This document shows, in pieces, positions 1 through 9,365 of a stretch of 64,000 bases of DNA. The stretch is taken from NCBI GenBank assembly GCA_963695225.1, contig OY968762.1, positions 1-64,000 on the forward strand, written 5' to 3'. The DNA is from Vulcanimicrobiota bacterium (lineage in GTDB: Bacteria; Vulcanimicrobiota; Vulcanimicrobiia; Vulcanimicrobiales; Vulcanimicrobiaceae). A model generated the notes under the pieces. That model did no database searches. It had not been told where the DNA came from and worked only from the letters and a program-made list of their open reading frames with translations. Positions within the stretch are counted from its first letter, which is position 1. Every line of letters begins with the position of its first letter. The position numbers were made by a program, and so were the translations under genes.

Positions 1-1643
1 GCGTCGCGGACTTCCGAGGTGCGGCCAAGCTTTCACGCGAGCCTCACGAACCCGGCCGAGCTCCGCGCGGCGGAGCAAATGAGCGAGGCGTTCGGGCAAG
101 CCGGCGACGAGTACAGCGCGTCGAGTGGACGTCGACGGCAGTCGTCGTGCGAGCGGAAGACGCGCGCGAGGTCAGCGGCGCAGCGCAGGCGATCGTGGAT
201 GCCCTCGCCGCGTGCGGCTTCTCGGCGACGATCGCCAAAGCCGAAGCCGCCGACGCCTGGCTTGCGACCCTCCCCGGGCAGCGCCGCTACGGGATGCGCA
301 CCCATCCGATCGACGCGCTGACGACCGCAAAGGCGCTCCTGCCCTTGCACGAGCAGGCGAAGGGGCCGCGCCACAACGACTCGGAGTCCTTCCCCGCCGA
401 ACTCGACGTTCCGTGCGTCTCGTACGGATTGACTCGCGGCAATTCACCGCGTCGGCTTCATCTCAACGTTGCCGACGTCTTCCACGGCATCTCCTGCGGT
501 CGCACTCGTTCGGGAAAGAGCGTGCGCACTTCGTATCTCGCGGGCATGTTCCGCGGACGCCTGCCGCTCGCATCGGTGACGTTGATCGATCGCGGGCTCT
601 CGGCGAGGCCCACCTGCCTCATGCTCGACGGGACCTGCTACGACGTGCTCGGTGCCAACTCGCCGGGCTTCGCCCTCTTCGCCGACGCTCATCGCGAAGA
701 CGACGAGGCGCGCGAACTCCTCACGATCCTCGAAGAGATGTGCGAGCTGCAAGGCGTCGCCGTCACGCCGCTCCGCCGCGTCGCGCTCCTCGAGGCAATC
801 CGCACCGTCGCGTCATGGCCGCAGAGAGAGCGGAACCTCTTCGCCTTTGCCGAGATTCTCGGCGGGGGCGACGACGGCTATGTGCTCAAGCCGGCGATTG
901 CCGCCTACGGCCCGGAGGGCGTGCTCGGCGACCTGTTCGATCGGGCGCAGGACTCGTTCGAAACCAACCGCTTCAACGTCATCGACATTGCCCACGTCTC
1001 GAGCCTGGGAGCGAAGTTCCTGATCCCAGTGCTGCGCGTCATCTTCTGGCGGCTCGGCGCCCATGAGCGACGGCTCAAGCGCGAGCTCGGCGACGACCTG
1101 CACTCCCTCTATTTCGTCGACGAGGCGCACGCGGTCCTGAGGCATCCGATCGGCGCGACATGGGTCCTCGAGCAGCAAAAGGAGGGGCGCAAGCACAACC
1201 GCGGCCTCTGGCTGGTCTCCAATTCCGTCGAGGACTTCGCCAGCGTGCCGCGGCTCGACGACTTGCTCAAAGCCTCGCAGCTCCGCATGTATGCCCACGA
1301 TCCCGGCGCGCTCGACCCGGCGACGTCCGCGTTTTACGCGCAGCTGGGGCTACCGCGCCAAGGAATCGAGATGCTGCCCACGATCGGGCAACGCGCAATC
1401 GTTCTGCACGCGCCCGAGGCGGACGCCCTCTGCGAAGTCGATCTGCAGCTCGACGAGGATGTCCTCGCCGTGCTGGGCTCGAGTCGAACGAACACACTCG
1501 TCGATCGATTCCGTGAGCTCTACCCGGTCGAGCGGGATGGGCCGCAGCGGTGGAAGGTCGAGATGCTGCGCGCGAACCCGTCATCGCTGGTGCGCGCCGC
1601 TGCGGCACGATTCGAAACAATTCTGCACGAAAAGGAGAGATGA
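1..1643 (+). CDS. trbE: VirB4/TrbE-family conjugative ATPase, 5' truncated by window edge
   Basis: Walker A GRTRSGKS, Walker B YFVDEAH, TrbE-like AWLATLPG and EGRKHN motifs; frame is open to the window edge upstream of the tracked start at 147. Confidence 0.85.
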   Translation, partial: VADFRGAAKLSREPHEPGRAPRGGANERGVRASRRRVQRVEWTSTAVVVRAEDAREVSGAAQAIVDALAACGFSATIAKAEAADAWLATLPGQRRYGMRTHPIDALTTAKALLPLHEQAKGPRHNDSESFPAELDVPCVSYGLTRGNSPRRLHLNVADVFHGISCGRTRSGKSVRTSYLAGMFRGRLPLASVTLIDRGLSARPTCLMLDGTCYDVLGANSPGFALFADAHREDDEARELLTILEEMCELQGVAVTPLRRVALLEAIRTVASWPQRERNLFAFAEILGGGDDGYVLKPAIAAYGPEGVLGDLFDRAQDSFETNRFNVIDIAHVSSLGAKFLIPVLRVIFWRLGAHERRLKRELGDDLHSLYFVDEAHAVLRHPIGATWVLEQQKEGRKHNRGLWLVSNSVEDFASVPRLDDLLKASQLRMYAHDPGALDPATSAFYAQLGLPRQGIEMLPTIGQRAIVLHAPEADALCEVDLQLDEDVLAVLGSSRTNTLVDRFRELYPVERDGPQRWKVEMLRANPSSLVRAAAARFETILHEKER

Positions 1644-1645
1644 CT

Positions 1646-2212
1646 ATGCGTCTGCGCAGAGCCTACGCGATCGTCGGTTTAGCGGGTCTCACCATCGGCC
1701 TGGCGCTGCCCGCGTCAGCCGATCTCTTGACTATCCCGAGCATGATCCCAGACATATGTGCCTTCGGCCACTGCATACAATTCACACAGTCGGCGGCTTT
1801 GGCGTCAGTTCAGCAGGTTATCGGGCAGATCCAGCAGCTCAAGAACGAGGCGCAGAACCTCGCGACCTTACCTCGCTCATATCAGAACGCCGAGGGCGAC
1901 CTCAACGCGATCCTCGGCACCGGCAAGAGCATCGCGAGAGAGATCGCGGCAATTACGGCAGCCCAAGGCATCTCTGACCAGGCGGAGCAGGATGCCGCTG
2001 AAGCCGCGCGTCTTAACGGACTCGCGAGGATCGCTAACGGCCAGCAGCAACAGGCGATTGCGACCAATAGCTACCTTTCGCAACTAAATGAAACCGCCCA
2101 GAAGCAGCTGCTCCTTTCAAGCGCGCAGCAGACCCAGTCCGCGGCAACGATGGACGACCTCGTTCAAGCCGCGCACTCTCTTTCGCTGCCCTACGATGGG
2201 CCGGAGCCGTAA
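1646..2212 (+). CDS. Secreted TrbJ/VirB5-like protein
   Basis: AGGAG RBS 8 nt upstream; signal peptide ending ALPASA; QIQQLKNEAQNLATLP is TrbJ-like; lies between virB4 and virB6. Confidence 0.65.
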   Translation: MRLRRAYAIVGLAGLTIGLALPASADLLTIPSMIPDICAFGHCIQFTQSAALASVQQVIGQIQQLKNEAQNLATLPRSYQNAEGDLNAILGTGKSIAREIAAITAAQGISDQAEQDAAEAARLNGLARIANGQQQQAIATNSYLSQLNETAQKQLLLSSAQQTQSAATMDDLVQAAHSLSLPYDGPEP

Positions 2213-2215
2213 GTC

Positions 2216-2458
2216 ATGACGAATACCTGGCGCACGATCCTCTGGGCCACAGCCACCGTGACTGCGTGCATTGGAACGTCAGCCGCCGTGCACCACGCAG
2301 ATGAGGTTCGCATGGTCACGCTAACTGCGAAAGTGTCTGTGCTCAGCTCTCAATGTGACGCGATTCGGCTAAAGCAAGCCCAGGACGCGCTGACGATGCG
2401 GCATCTCGTTGAAGCCGCGCACTCTCTCTCGCAGCCGTATCATGGACCGGAGCCGTAA
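2216..2458 (+). CDS. Small secreted/membrane protein sharing its C-terminal 21 aa with the upstream TrbJ-like protein
   Basis: Tightly packed in operon (stop overlaps next ATG); hydrophobic N-terminus; duplicated tail AAHSLSxPYxGPEP. Confidence 0.6.
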   Translation: MTNTWRTILWATATVTACIGTSAAVHHADEVRMVTLTAKVSVLSSQCDAIRLKQAQDALTMRHLVEAAHSLSQPYHGPEP

Positions 2459-3459
2459 TGAATCGCGTCCTGCTCGCGCAAGCCACGACCATTCCGACTC
2501 CGCCCTTTGGCGACTGGCTGAACGGATTCGTCGACCAAGTAACCGGTGATGTCAATCCGTGGCTTGCGAACGCCCAACTCATCATGCACGCGCTTTTCGC
2601 CGTGTTCCTGATCCTGGTAGTCGTCTTCGCTCTCGCGCGCCGCGCCGTGCAGGATCAGTCCATTGCCGGATGGGGGCACGCGCTGCCACTGATCCTCATG
2701 GACTTACTCCCACCGTTTCTTATCGTCTACGCGGCGCCGGCGTTCGTCCTCAACACGCTCTCTGTCGGGCTTGGCCTCGGCTCGTCGATCACCGGCTACG
2801 ACATGACCGGACCGTCGGCGATGGCAGGAGCATTCGAGAAATGCATGCGGAGCATGTTGGGTGCGCCGTTCTCGCAGCTTGTCACGACGATGACGCAGCC
2901 GCCGAGCTTTTCATGGCAATATCTCTCAGACCTGACGGCGGTTCCAGCTCTGGCGCAAGCCGGACTGGCTGAAGAGATCGCCGCTTTCTTCCTCTGTGTG
3001 CTTTTCGTCTTACCGACGGCGTGTCTGTGCACGCTGACGTTGGTTTTCGTGGAAGTTGACGCGCTTGTGGTTACGCCGTTTGCGCTCGTCCTGGTGGCCT
3101 TTTGCCTCGGCGGCGTGGGTGGAAGTCTCTGGGAGGGGGCACTGCACGCATGGGTGCGCCGGGTCTTCCGCCTAGCCGTTGCGCTAGGCATAGCCGTTAT
3201 AGCAATGATCGCTATCGGACACGTCAACGATAGTATCGCGGCGCTCAACCCGCTTGACTACAAGACGACGCTCTATGGGTGGCTCGTCGACGTGCTGGAA
3301 ATCGTCGTCGTCGGCGGACTCACGGCTGCTATCCCTTTTGCGCTGGACGCCGGCATTTCTGGCGCGTTCGCCTTCGGCGCGGGTGTCCCCAAGGTCAATA
3401 TCTCCCGCGACGTCTACGGAGCCACGGCAAGAGTGCTCATGCGTCGGTTCGCGAGATGA
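2458..3459 (+). CDS. TrbL/VirB6-like polytopic membrane protein
   Basis: Several hydrophobic helices; position after the TrbJ-like gene in a T4SS operon. Confidence 0.65.
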   Translation: MNRVLLAQATTIPTPPFGDWLNGFVDQVTGDVNPWLANAQLIMHALFAVFLILVVVFALARRAVQDQSIAGWGHALPLILMDLLPPFLIVYAAPAFVLNTLSVGLGLGSSITGYDMTGPSAMAGAFEKCMRSMLGAPFSQLVTTMTQPPSFSWQYLSDLTAVPALAQAGLAEEIAAFFLCVLFVLPTACLCTLTLVFVEVDALVVTPFALVLVAFCLGGVGGSLWEGALHAWVRRVFRLAVALGIAVIAMIAIGHVNDSIAALNPLDYKTTLYGWLVDVLEIVVVGGLTAAIPFALDAGISGAFAFGAGVPKVNISRDVYGATARVLMRRFAR

Positions 3460-3632
3460 TGCGGTTTCTGGTCGAGCTTGTTCGCACGGTCCTCGATGTG
3501 CGCGACGAGCACAAGCGTCGTGGGAAGGCCAGGCAGCATCCAATGGACGATCCGGCCGTTCCCCGCGCGCCCTCCGATCCCCTGAGCCTGCCGACACGAG
3601 GCGATATTCTTGGCCGACGCATCGAGCCATAA
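3456..3632 (+). CDS. Small hypothetical protein
   Basis: ATGA overlap with the previous stop; fills the operon gap. Confidence 0.4.
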   Translation: MMRFLVELVRTVLDVRDEHKRRGKARQHPMDDPAVPRAPSDPLSLPTRGDILGRRIEP

Positions 3633-3644
3633 GAGAGGGACCTA

Positions 3645-4472
3645 ATGAGCGCTCGTGCAGATCTTTCCGCCGTTGGACGTTACCTTGACGCGCAACAGAA
3701 TGACCTCGTCGATGGAGGCGGTCGCTCCCGGCGGCCCACGATTCATAAGGTATCGGCGTATAATCCCGCTCGTTCGGAGGCGTGGTGCGGTTACGATCCG
3801 GGCAGCGGCGAGTATTTCGGTCGCGTGCGGGACCATCGCGGTTGGGTCTATCGCGAGCGAACGGCTGACCTGCTAGCGCTCGTGCGCGGCCTTCGGCAGT
3901 ATGCTCACATCCCGCCGGCTGCCGTGGAGGTCTTGCGCGCTGAGCGCGTGTGCCGCGACAACCTCCCGCTTTCCGGAAAAGAGGTTGATTGGACCGACCA
4001 CGTCCGGCTGCGAGTCGACCACGTGCTCGAAGGGATCGCGCTCGATCGGCTCCCCGAGCTTGACCGGGAAGCCCTCGAGCGTCACATCTCCCCCCTGCGA
4101 GCCGTAGAGGGACACGGAATGCGGATCATCGGCACCTTCGACCATGATGCGCGGATGCGCACGCTAGGGGACGACGGCCGGGAATACATGGTCGAGGCGA
4201 AGCGGTTCCCGCTGCTTGCACAGTTCAATGCCGATGGTCGGCTCGTCGACGCGGCGATCGTCTTCGACGTTGCCGGCGATGGAAAGACGCGCTACCTGGC
4301 ACAGTACATCGACGCCGCGCACATTCAGACGCTCTCGCAAGCCGGGAAGCTGCATCTCGAGCCCGGCGTCGAGCTCTCGCCGGCGACGCTCGGCCGGACG
4401 CAGGACCTTACGCCGGAACCGGACGACGAGCTCTCGCAACGGCGCGCGCAAAGCCAAGGGATGCGCCGGTGA
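3645..4472 (+). CDS. Two-domain hypothetical protein: N-terminal G[YW]D..[YF]F domain plus shared C-terminal candidate T4SS-substrate domain
   Basis: GAGG RBS; GTGA overlap with virD4; N-domain aligns with ORF 22323-22595 and C-domain aligns with the C-terminus of ORF 7880-9355. Confidence 0.8.
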   Translation: MSARADLSAVGRYLDAQQNDLVDGGGRSRRPTIHKVSAYNPARSEAWCGYDPGSGEYFGRVRDHRGWVYRERTADLLALVRGLRQYAHIPPAAVEVLRAERVCRDNLPLSGKEVDWTDHVRLRVDHVLEGIALDRLPELDREALERHISPLRAVEGHGMRIIGTFDHDARMRTLGDDGREYMVEAKRFPLLAQFNADGRLVDAAIVFDVAGDGKTRYLAQYIDAAHIQTLSQAGKLHLEPGVELSPATLGRTQDLTPEPDDELSQRRAQSQGMRR

Positions 4473-6739
4473 AGAAAGGGTTCGAGCTCTACCAGCTCCC
4501 TCGCACCGTCGGTGATGGCCGCCTACATCCATTCGCGATCCTCGCAGTCGTGCTCGCGATCGTCGGCACGAACTTAGTCGCGAACGAAGTGGTCGCGATC
4601 GCGCTGCGTTACAATCCGACGCTTGGCCATGCGGTCTTTAGTGTCGGCCCGCTGCGCGTCTATGCCCCGTGGGCGTGGCTCGTGTGGGGATGGATGTTCC
4701 TTAACCCGCTCAGCGGCTACGACTACGCGCATCACGCCGGCCGTTGGCCGGACGTCGTCTACGCCGTGTATTGGCGCCTGCCCTACGTTTTCGGCGCGGG
4801 TGCGATCGCAACGATCGTCGCGCCGATCGCAGCGCAGCTCATTTTTGGGCGCCGGCGCCAGGATGTCGGCGAGCTCGTCGACTCGGCGCACTTCGCCGAC
4901 ACGGCCGAGTTGCGTGAAGCCGGCCTACTCACGGCCGCCGCGGGGCCGATCATTGGCGCGTGGCCGTCGGGACCATTCGGACTCTGGCGCAAGCCACTCC
5001 GCTATGCTGAGGCGCTCGGCATAAACTACATCGGGCCGAGCGGTGACGGCAAGAGCAGCTTCCTTCTCATCTCCAACCTGCTCGTACCGTTGCGCGACAG
5101 GCGCGCGCGCGCCTGGGATAGTCGCCGCCGGCGAGCCGAGACGTGGGGCGAGGAGCCGAGTTGGGTCATCTTCGATCCGACCGGCGAACTGTTCGAGAAG
5201 ACCTCACGCTATCAGCGGGATATCCTCGGCAAGCAGGTTTTCCGGCTCGATCCGCTTTCGAGCGGCGACGGTCTTGCGAAGTGGAACCCCTGTTGGTCCA
5301 TCGCGCTCGGCACCGACCGCGAGCAGCAGGGATGCCGCCGCGTGCTCACCGACATCATCGACCCGCAGGGACGCGGGCTCGTCACGTATTGGGACCGCGA
5401 GTCCTGCGCCTTCGGCGACGCGCTGATCGCGTTCATCGGCTACCAGAGCCTTTACATGAATGACCCCACGCTCTTTTCGCTGCCGGGACTGACCGATTAC
5501 ATCTCGCAGTTCGACACGATCGAGGACCTTTGTGACGACGTCATGGGGACGTACCACGACCCGCACGGCGTCTTCGGATGGACGACAGCCGACGGAAAGC
5601 CGACGAAGTACCGGTCATGGATTGTCGACGCCACCCGCATTATGCGGAACAAGGGCGACTCGCCCGAGGAGCGGCGAGGCGTCTTTTCGAGCCTCGTCCA
5701 GCACCTTTCGCTGTACCGCGATCCCGTGCTGCGGCGCAACGTTTGCGAGAGCTCCTTTAGCTTCGCGGCACTTGCGAACAGTGCGCGCGCCGGCGTCGTC
5801 TACATCGCCGCGCATCCGATGGACATTCCAATCTTGCAGCCGTACCTGCGCACCGTCACCCGAGCCGCGCTGCGCGAACTCATCGGCAAGACGAGGACCG
5901 ACGGCGACGGCCGCACCGTGCGCGACAATGTGCGCGCCACGATCCTCGCGCTCGACGAGGCCGCCGTTCTCGGTAGGCTCGACGAACTCGAGCTCGTCGG
6001 TGGGTACCTCCGTAAGTTCGGCGTGATTTTGTGGCTCTTTTGGCAGGCCACGAATCAGCTTACACGCCTGTACCCGGAGGAGTCGTTCAGCGAAAATCTG
6101 GGCGTCCACATCTGGGGTCGGCCCCAGACGCCGAAGGCGGCCGAGCCGATAAGCGAATCGCTGGGGCAGTTCTCGACGCTGCTCACTCGCACGACGTCCT
6201 CCGGAAGTCGATGGAGCGCGACACCGCTCGATCACGTCTCTGCGAACGCCGATGTCACGACGCGCCAACTCCTCACGGTCAACGAAGTGTTGCGTCTGCC
6301 CCCGTCCCAGATTCTGATTCGCTGCGCCGGCTTGCTCATCCGAGCGCACAAGTACTTCTTCTTTCGGCAGCCGCAGCTTCGCCGGCGCGCCAAGATGGGC
6401 GCCGTCGAGCGCTCGGACGTCGCGACGACCGAGCCGCTCTTTCACACGGTCTTGCGTTCCGAGCTCGGCGAGGCGCGCTTCAAGCGTCTGCTGCAAAGGC
6501 CGGCTGCACCCGACCTGCGGCCGCCGCCGCGGCCGCCGAAGCCGTCACCCACGCCGGAGCAGGCCGCGCAACTCGCTGCCGCCGCCGCAATCCGGGCTGT
6601 AACTGCGGCCGCCAAGGTCGTTGCCTCAGCGCAGCAGCCAACGAACGGCTCCGCGGCGCCTCCGCCGGCGGTTGCAGACGGAGTCGACGCGGTCGACGCG
6701 TTCCGGCAGCTCCAGGAGCGTCGCAGTGTGGGAAACTAG
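4469..6739 (+). CDS. traG: VirD4/TraG type IV coupling protein
   Basis: N-terminal TM helices with VYAPWAWLVW, SAHFA motif, Walker A GPSGDGKS, IFDPTGEL, Walker B LALDEAAVLG. Confidence 0.9.
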   Translation: MKKGFELYQLPRTVGDGRLHPFAILAVVLAIVGTNLVANEVVAIALRYNPTLGHAVFSVGPLRVYAPWAWLVWGWMFLNPLSGYDYAHHAGRWPDVVYAVYWRLPYVFGAGAIATIVAPIAAQLIFGRRRQDVGELVDSAHFADTAELREAGLLTAAAGPIIGAWPSGPFGLWRKPLRYAEALGINYIGPSGDGKSSFLLISNLLVPLRDRRARAWDSRRRRAETWGEEPSWVIFDPTGELFEKTSRYQRDILGKQVFRLDPLSSGDGLAKWNPCWSIALGTDREQQGCRRVLTDIIDPQGRGLVTYWDRESCAFGDALIAFIGYQSLYMNDPTLFSLPGLTDYISQFDTIEDLCDDVMGTYHDPHGVFGWTTADGKPTKYRSWIVDATRIMRNKGDSPEERRGVFSSLVQHLSLYRDPVLRRNVCESSFSFAALANSARAGVVYIAAHPMDIPILQPYLRTVTRAALRELIGKTRTDGDGRTVRDNVRATILALDEAAVLGRLDELELVGGYLRKFGVILWLFWQATNQLTRLYPEESFSENLGVHIWGRPQTPKAAEPISESLGQFSTLLTRTTSSGSRWSATPLDHVSANADVTTRQLLTVNEVLRLPPSQILIRCAGLLIRAHKYFFFRQPQLRRRAKMGAVERSDVATTEPLFHTVLRSELGEARFKRLLQRPAAPDLRPPPRPPKPSPTPEQAAQLAAAAAIRAVTAAAKVVASAQQPTNGSAAPPPAVADGVDAVDAFRQLQERRSVGN

Positions 6740-7748
6740 CGTCCGCCTCGAGCGCGAGCGGAGCCGGGAACTGGCGCACGGTGCGTTGCTCGATCGGCTC
6801 CTCGGGCCGCTCGCGCAATACCTTGGCGACCCGCTGACGCAGAACGTCAACGTCAACGCCGACGATGCCATCGTTGTCGAGCACGGCGAGCGAGGAAGAT
6901 TCTATGCCTCCGAGACGATGAGTTGCCGCGAGCGGCAATCCCTCGTGACATACCTTGCGGGTCGCAACGATCGCGAGATTCATCGCCTCTGCGCCACCCT
7001 CGAGTGCGACCTGCCGGAATACGACACACGGGTGCAAGCCTATTGCGCGCCCGCCGGCGAGGCATGGGAGATTATGCTCCGACGCCACGCCGCTCGCATC
7101 TTCACGCTCGACGACTACGTCGAGCAAGGGCGCATGACGCCGACGCAGAGGAACGCGATCGCCGCCGCGATCGCCGCGAAGGCGAACCTGTTTATCGGCG
7201 GTGCGTTCAACACCGGCAAGACAACGCTCCTCAACGCCTGTCTAGCGGAGGCCGCGCGCGTCTACCCGGGCGATCGGCTCGCCGTGGTGCAAGACCGGCG
7301 CGAGCTGAAGCCCTCTCACCGCGATCGCATTATGCTCTTCGCCCGATTCGAACAGCTGCGTCACGACGCGCATGGGAACCGCTCGCGCTATATCTACGAC
7401 TTCGGTGACGCGCTCGAGGGACTCGCACGCAGCAGCGCCGATGCCCTCGCGTGGGGCGAGATCCGAGATCCGCGGTCAGCGATCGGCATAACGCTTGCGC
7501 TCAATCTTGGCCTCTCCGGGCTGATGAGCACGATACATGCCGACTCCGGCGTGGCGATCCTCGAGCGAATCGAAGAACTGCTCACCGAGGGCGGCCGCGT
7601 GCCGCAGCGCAGTCGCATTGCGCGCGCGGTCAATTTCCTAGTCCACATGAGCCTCAACCGCGTAACCGGCAGACGCCGGGTTGGTGAAGTTCATCGCGTC
7701 GCCGGCGTCGACCGGGCGGGCAACTACGTTCTTGAGGCGGTCGCCTAA
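6726..7748 (+). CDS. trbB: TrbB/VirB11-family secretion ATPase
   Basis: AGGAG 7 nt before GTG 6726; LGPLAQYLGDP, Walker A GAFNTGKTTLLNA, GEIRD, STIHA. Confidence 0.85.
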   Translation: MWETSVRLERERSRELAHGALLDRLLGPLAQYLGDPLTQNVNVNADDAIVVEHGERGRFYASETMSCRERQSLVTYLAGRNDREIHRLCATLECDLPEYDTRVQAYCAPAGEAWEIMLRRHAARIFTLDDYVEQGRMTPTQRNAIAAAIAAKANLFIGGAFNTGKTTLLNACLAEAARVYPGDRLAVVQDRRELKPSHRDRIMLFARFEQLRHDAHGNRSRYIYDFGDALEGLARSSADALAWGEIRDPRSAIGITLALNLGLSGLMSTIHADSGVAILERIEELLTEGGRVPQRSRIARAVNFLVHMSLNRVTGRRRVGEVHRVAGVDRAGNYVLEAVA

Positions 7749-7779
7749 GAGCACCTAACGCACATGGAGATGTTCTATC

Positions 7780-7887
7780 ATGGCTGCCTATAATCGCGTT
7801 ATCATTGTCGGAAACCGTACGCGGGATCCTAAGATCCGCTGCGTCGACGGCGGCGGGAAGGCCGGAGGCGTGGTCGCTAGTGCTTGA
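7780..7887 (+). pseudogene. ssb: Truncated single-stranded DNA-binding protein (N-terminal fragment)
   Basis: Translates MAAYNRVIIVGNRTRDPKIR, the SSB N-terminal pattern (NRVI.VG..TRDP..R); stops after 35 codons; GGAG RBS upstream. Confidence 0.7.
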
Positions 7888-9355
7888 CTCTCAGCCGTCG
7901 GACCTCATCTTCCTCACAACACAACAGCTCGCCGACTTTGCACGCGCGGTCGGCAGGGCATCCGCGGACGAAGCCGCGGAGAAAGTGTTGAAAGGCCTTC
8001 AAGCCGAGGGAAGGCTCAAGCCACAAGAGACAACGACGATAGCGGTCGGTCCCCTTCTCATCGACCTTGCTGGTCAGGAAGCCAGCATCGACGGCGAGCG
8101 GCTGCAAACGACGCCGCGGGAATTCGCCTTGCTGGCCGCTCTCGCGCGTCACGCAGGTCAGGTCCTCACGCGTGACAAGCTGCTGGACCTGGTGCATCCC
8201 GATCCGGGCGCTCCCAACAGCGATCGCATAATCGACGTGTTTGTGCTACGGCTCCGCAAGGCGCTGGGTGAGCACGGGGCGATGATAGAGACGATTCACG
8301 GGTCCGGCTACAAGCTAAGGCGACCACAATTGGGCCAGCGAGCTGTTGAAGGGGGCGTGCTAACGCAACGCCCGGAGGCACGGATCATCGGTGAATTCGT
8401 GCAGGACGCCGGCGTCGCAGGGCTACGCACGAAGGATGGTCGAGGGTACGAGGTTCTAAACCTTAAAACCGATCAGGATGAGCGTCGCCGAGAAGCGGCC
8501 CTCTCGGTCGGAGCCGCCACGCATCGAGTCCGCGAGACGACTTATCCAACGTTGACGAAAAAGGAGCTCGTCGATTTTGCCCGTGCAGTCGGCTTGGAAT
8601 CCGCGGACAAAGCCGCGGCGAAAGTCTTGGGAGGCCTTAAGCCGGCGGAGAGACTCGAGCCGCCCGAGGTAACGACGATAGCAGTCGGTCCACTTGTCGT
8701 CGACCTCGTAGGTCACGAAGCCAAAATCGAGGGCGAGCGCCTTCAGTTGAAGCCGAAGGAGTTCGCATTGTTGGCGGTCCTGGCACGTCATGTGGGTCAG
8801 GTCCTCCCGCGTACCAGGCTCGTCGAGCTCATTTATCCTGATCCCGGTGCTGTCAAGGACGACCGGACAATCGACGTGCATGTCGCAAAGCTGCGCAAAG
8901 CGTTGGGCGAGCACGCAGCGCTGGTCGAGACCAGTCCCGGCTTGGGCTACAAGCTGATGCGGCCACAGTCCGAACAACGCCACGAAGCACGAGTTATCGG
9001 AGAGTTCGTACAGGAGACCGGCATCGCAACGCTCCGCGCCGAGGACGGTCGAGCGTATGACGTCGTTCCGAATCGCTATCCGCTCGTCGCGGAGATCGAC
9101 CGAGATGGGCAGCTTCAGAAAGCCGCTATCATGCTCGATGTCACCGATCGTGATACCGGTAAACAGAAGTACCTCGCGCAGTTCATCGGGACCGGCGAGA
9201 TACAAAGCCTAGCTCAAGCCGGAAAGCTGCAACTCGAGCCCGGTATCGAGACACTGCTGCTCACACGAGGCCGCGGGCATGGCTCGAGACTTGAAGCGGA
9301 ACCGCTGCAAGATCCGCCTGAGCAGCGCCGCTCGGCGAGCCGTCGGCTTCGTTGA
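7880..9355 (+). CDS. Protein with two tandem OmpR/PhoB-type winged-helix domains (no receiver domain) plus the shared C-terminal domain
   Basis: Two copies of PxEFALL..LARH.GQVL.R..L...DR.IDV.V..LRKALGE....ET..G.GYKL; GGAGG before GTG 7880; start uncertain (7805 alternative). Confidence 0.85.
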   Translation: MLDSQPSDLIFLTTQQLADFARAVGRASADEAAEKVLKGLQAEGRLKPQETTTIAVGPLLIDLAGQEASIDGERLQTTPREFALLAALARHAGQVLTRDKLLDLVHPDPGAPNSDRIIDVFVLRLRKALGEHGAMIETIHGSGYKLRRPQLGQRAVEGGVLTQRPEARIIGEFVQDAGVAGLRTKDGRGYEVLNLKTDQDERRREAALSVGAATHRVRETTYPTLTKKELVDFARAVGLESADKAAAKVLGGLKPAERLEPPEVTTIAVGPLVVDLVGHEAKIEGERLQLKPKEFALLAVLARHVGQVLPRTRLVELIYPDPGAVKDDRTIDVHVAKLRKALGEHAALVETSPGLGYKLMRPQSEQRHEARVIGEFVQETGIATLRAEDGRAYDVVPNRYPLVAEIDRDGQLQKAAIMLDVTDRDTGKQKYLAQFIGTGEIQSLAQAGKLQLEPGIETLLLTRGRGHGSRLEAEPLQDPPEQRRSASRRLR

Positions 9356-9365
9356 GGACTGACGA

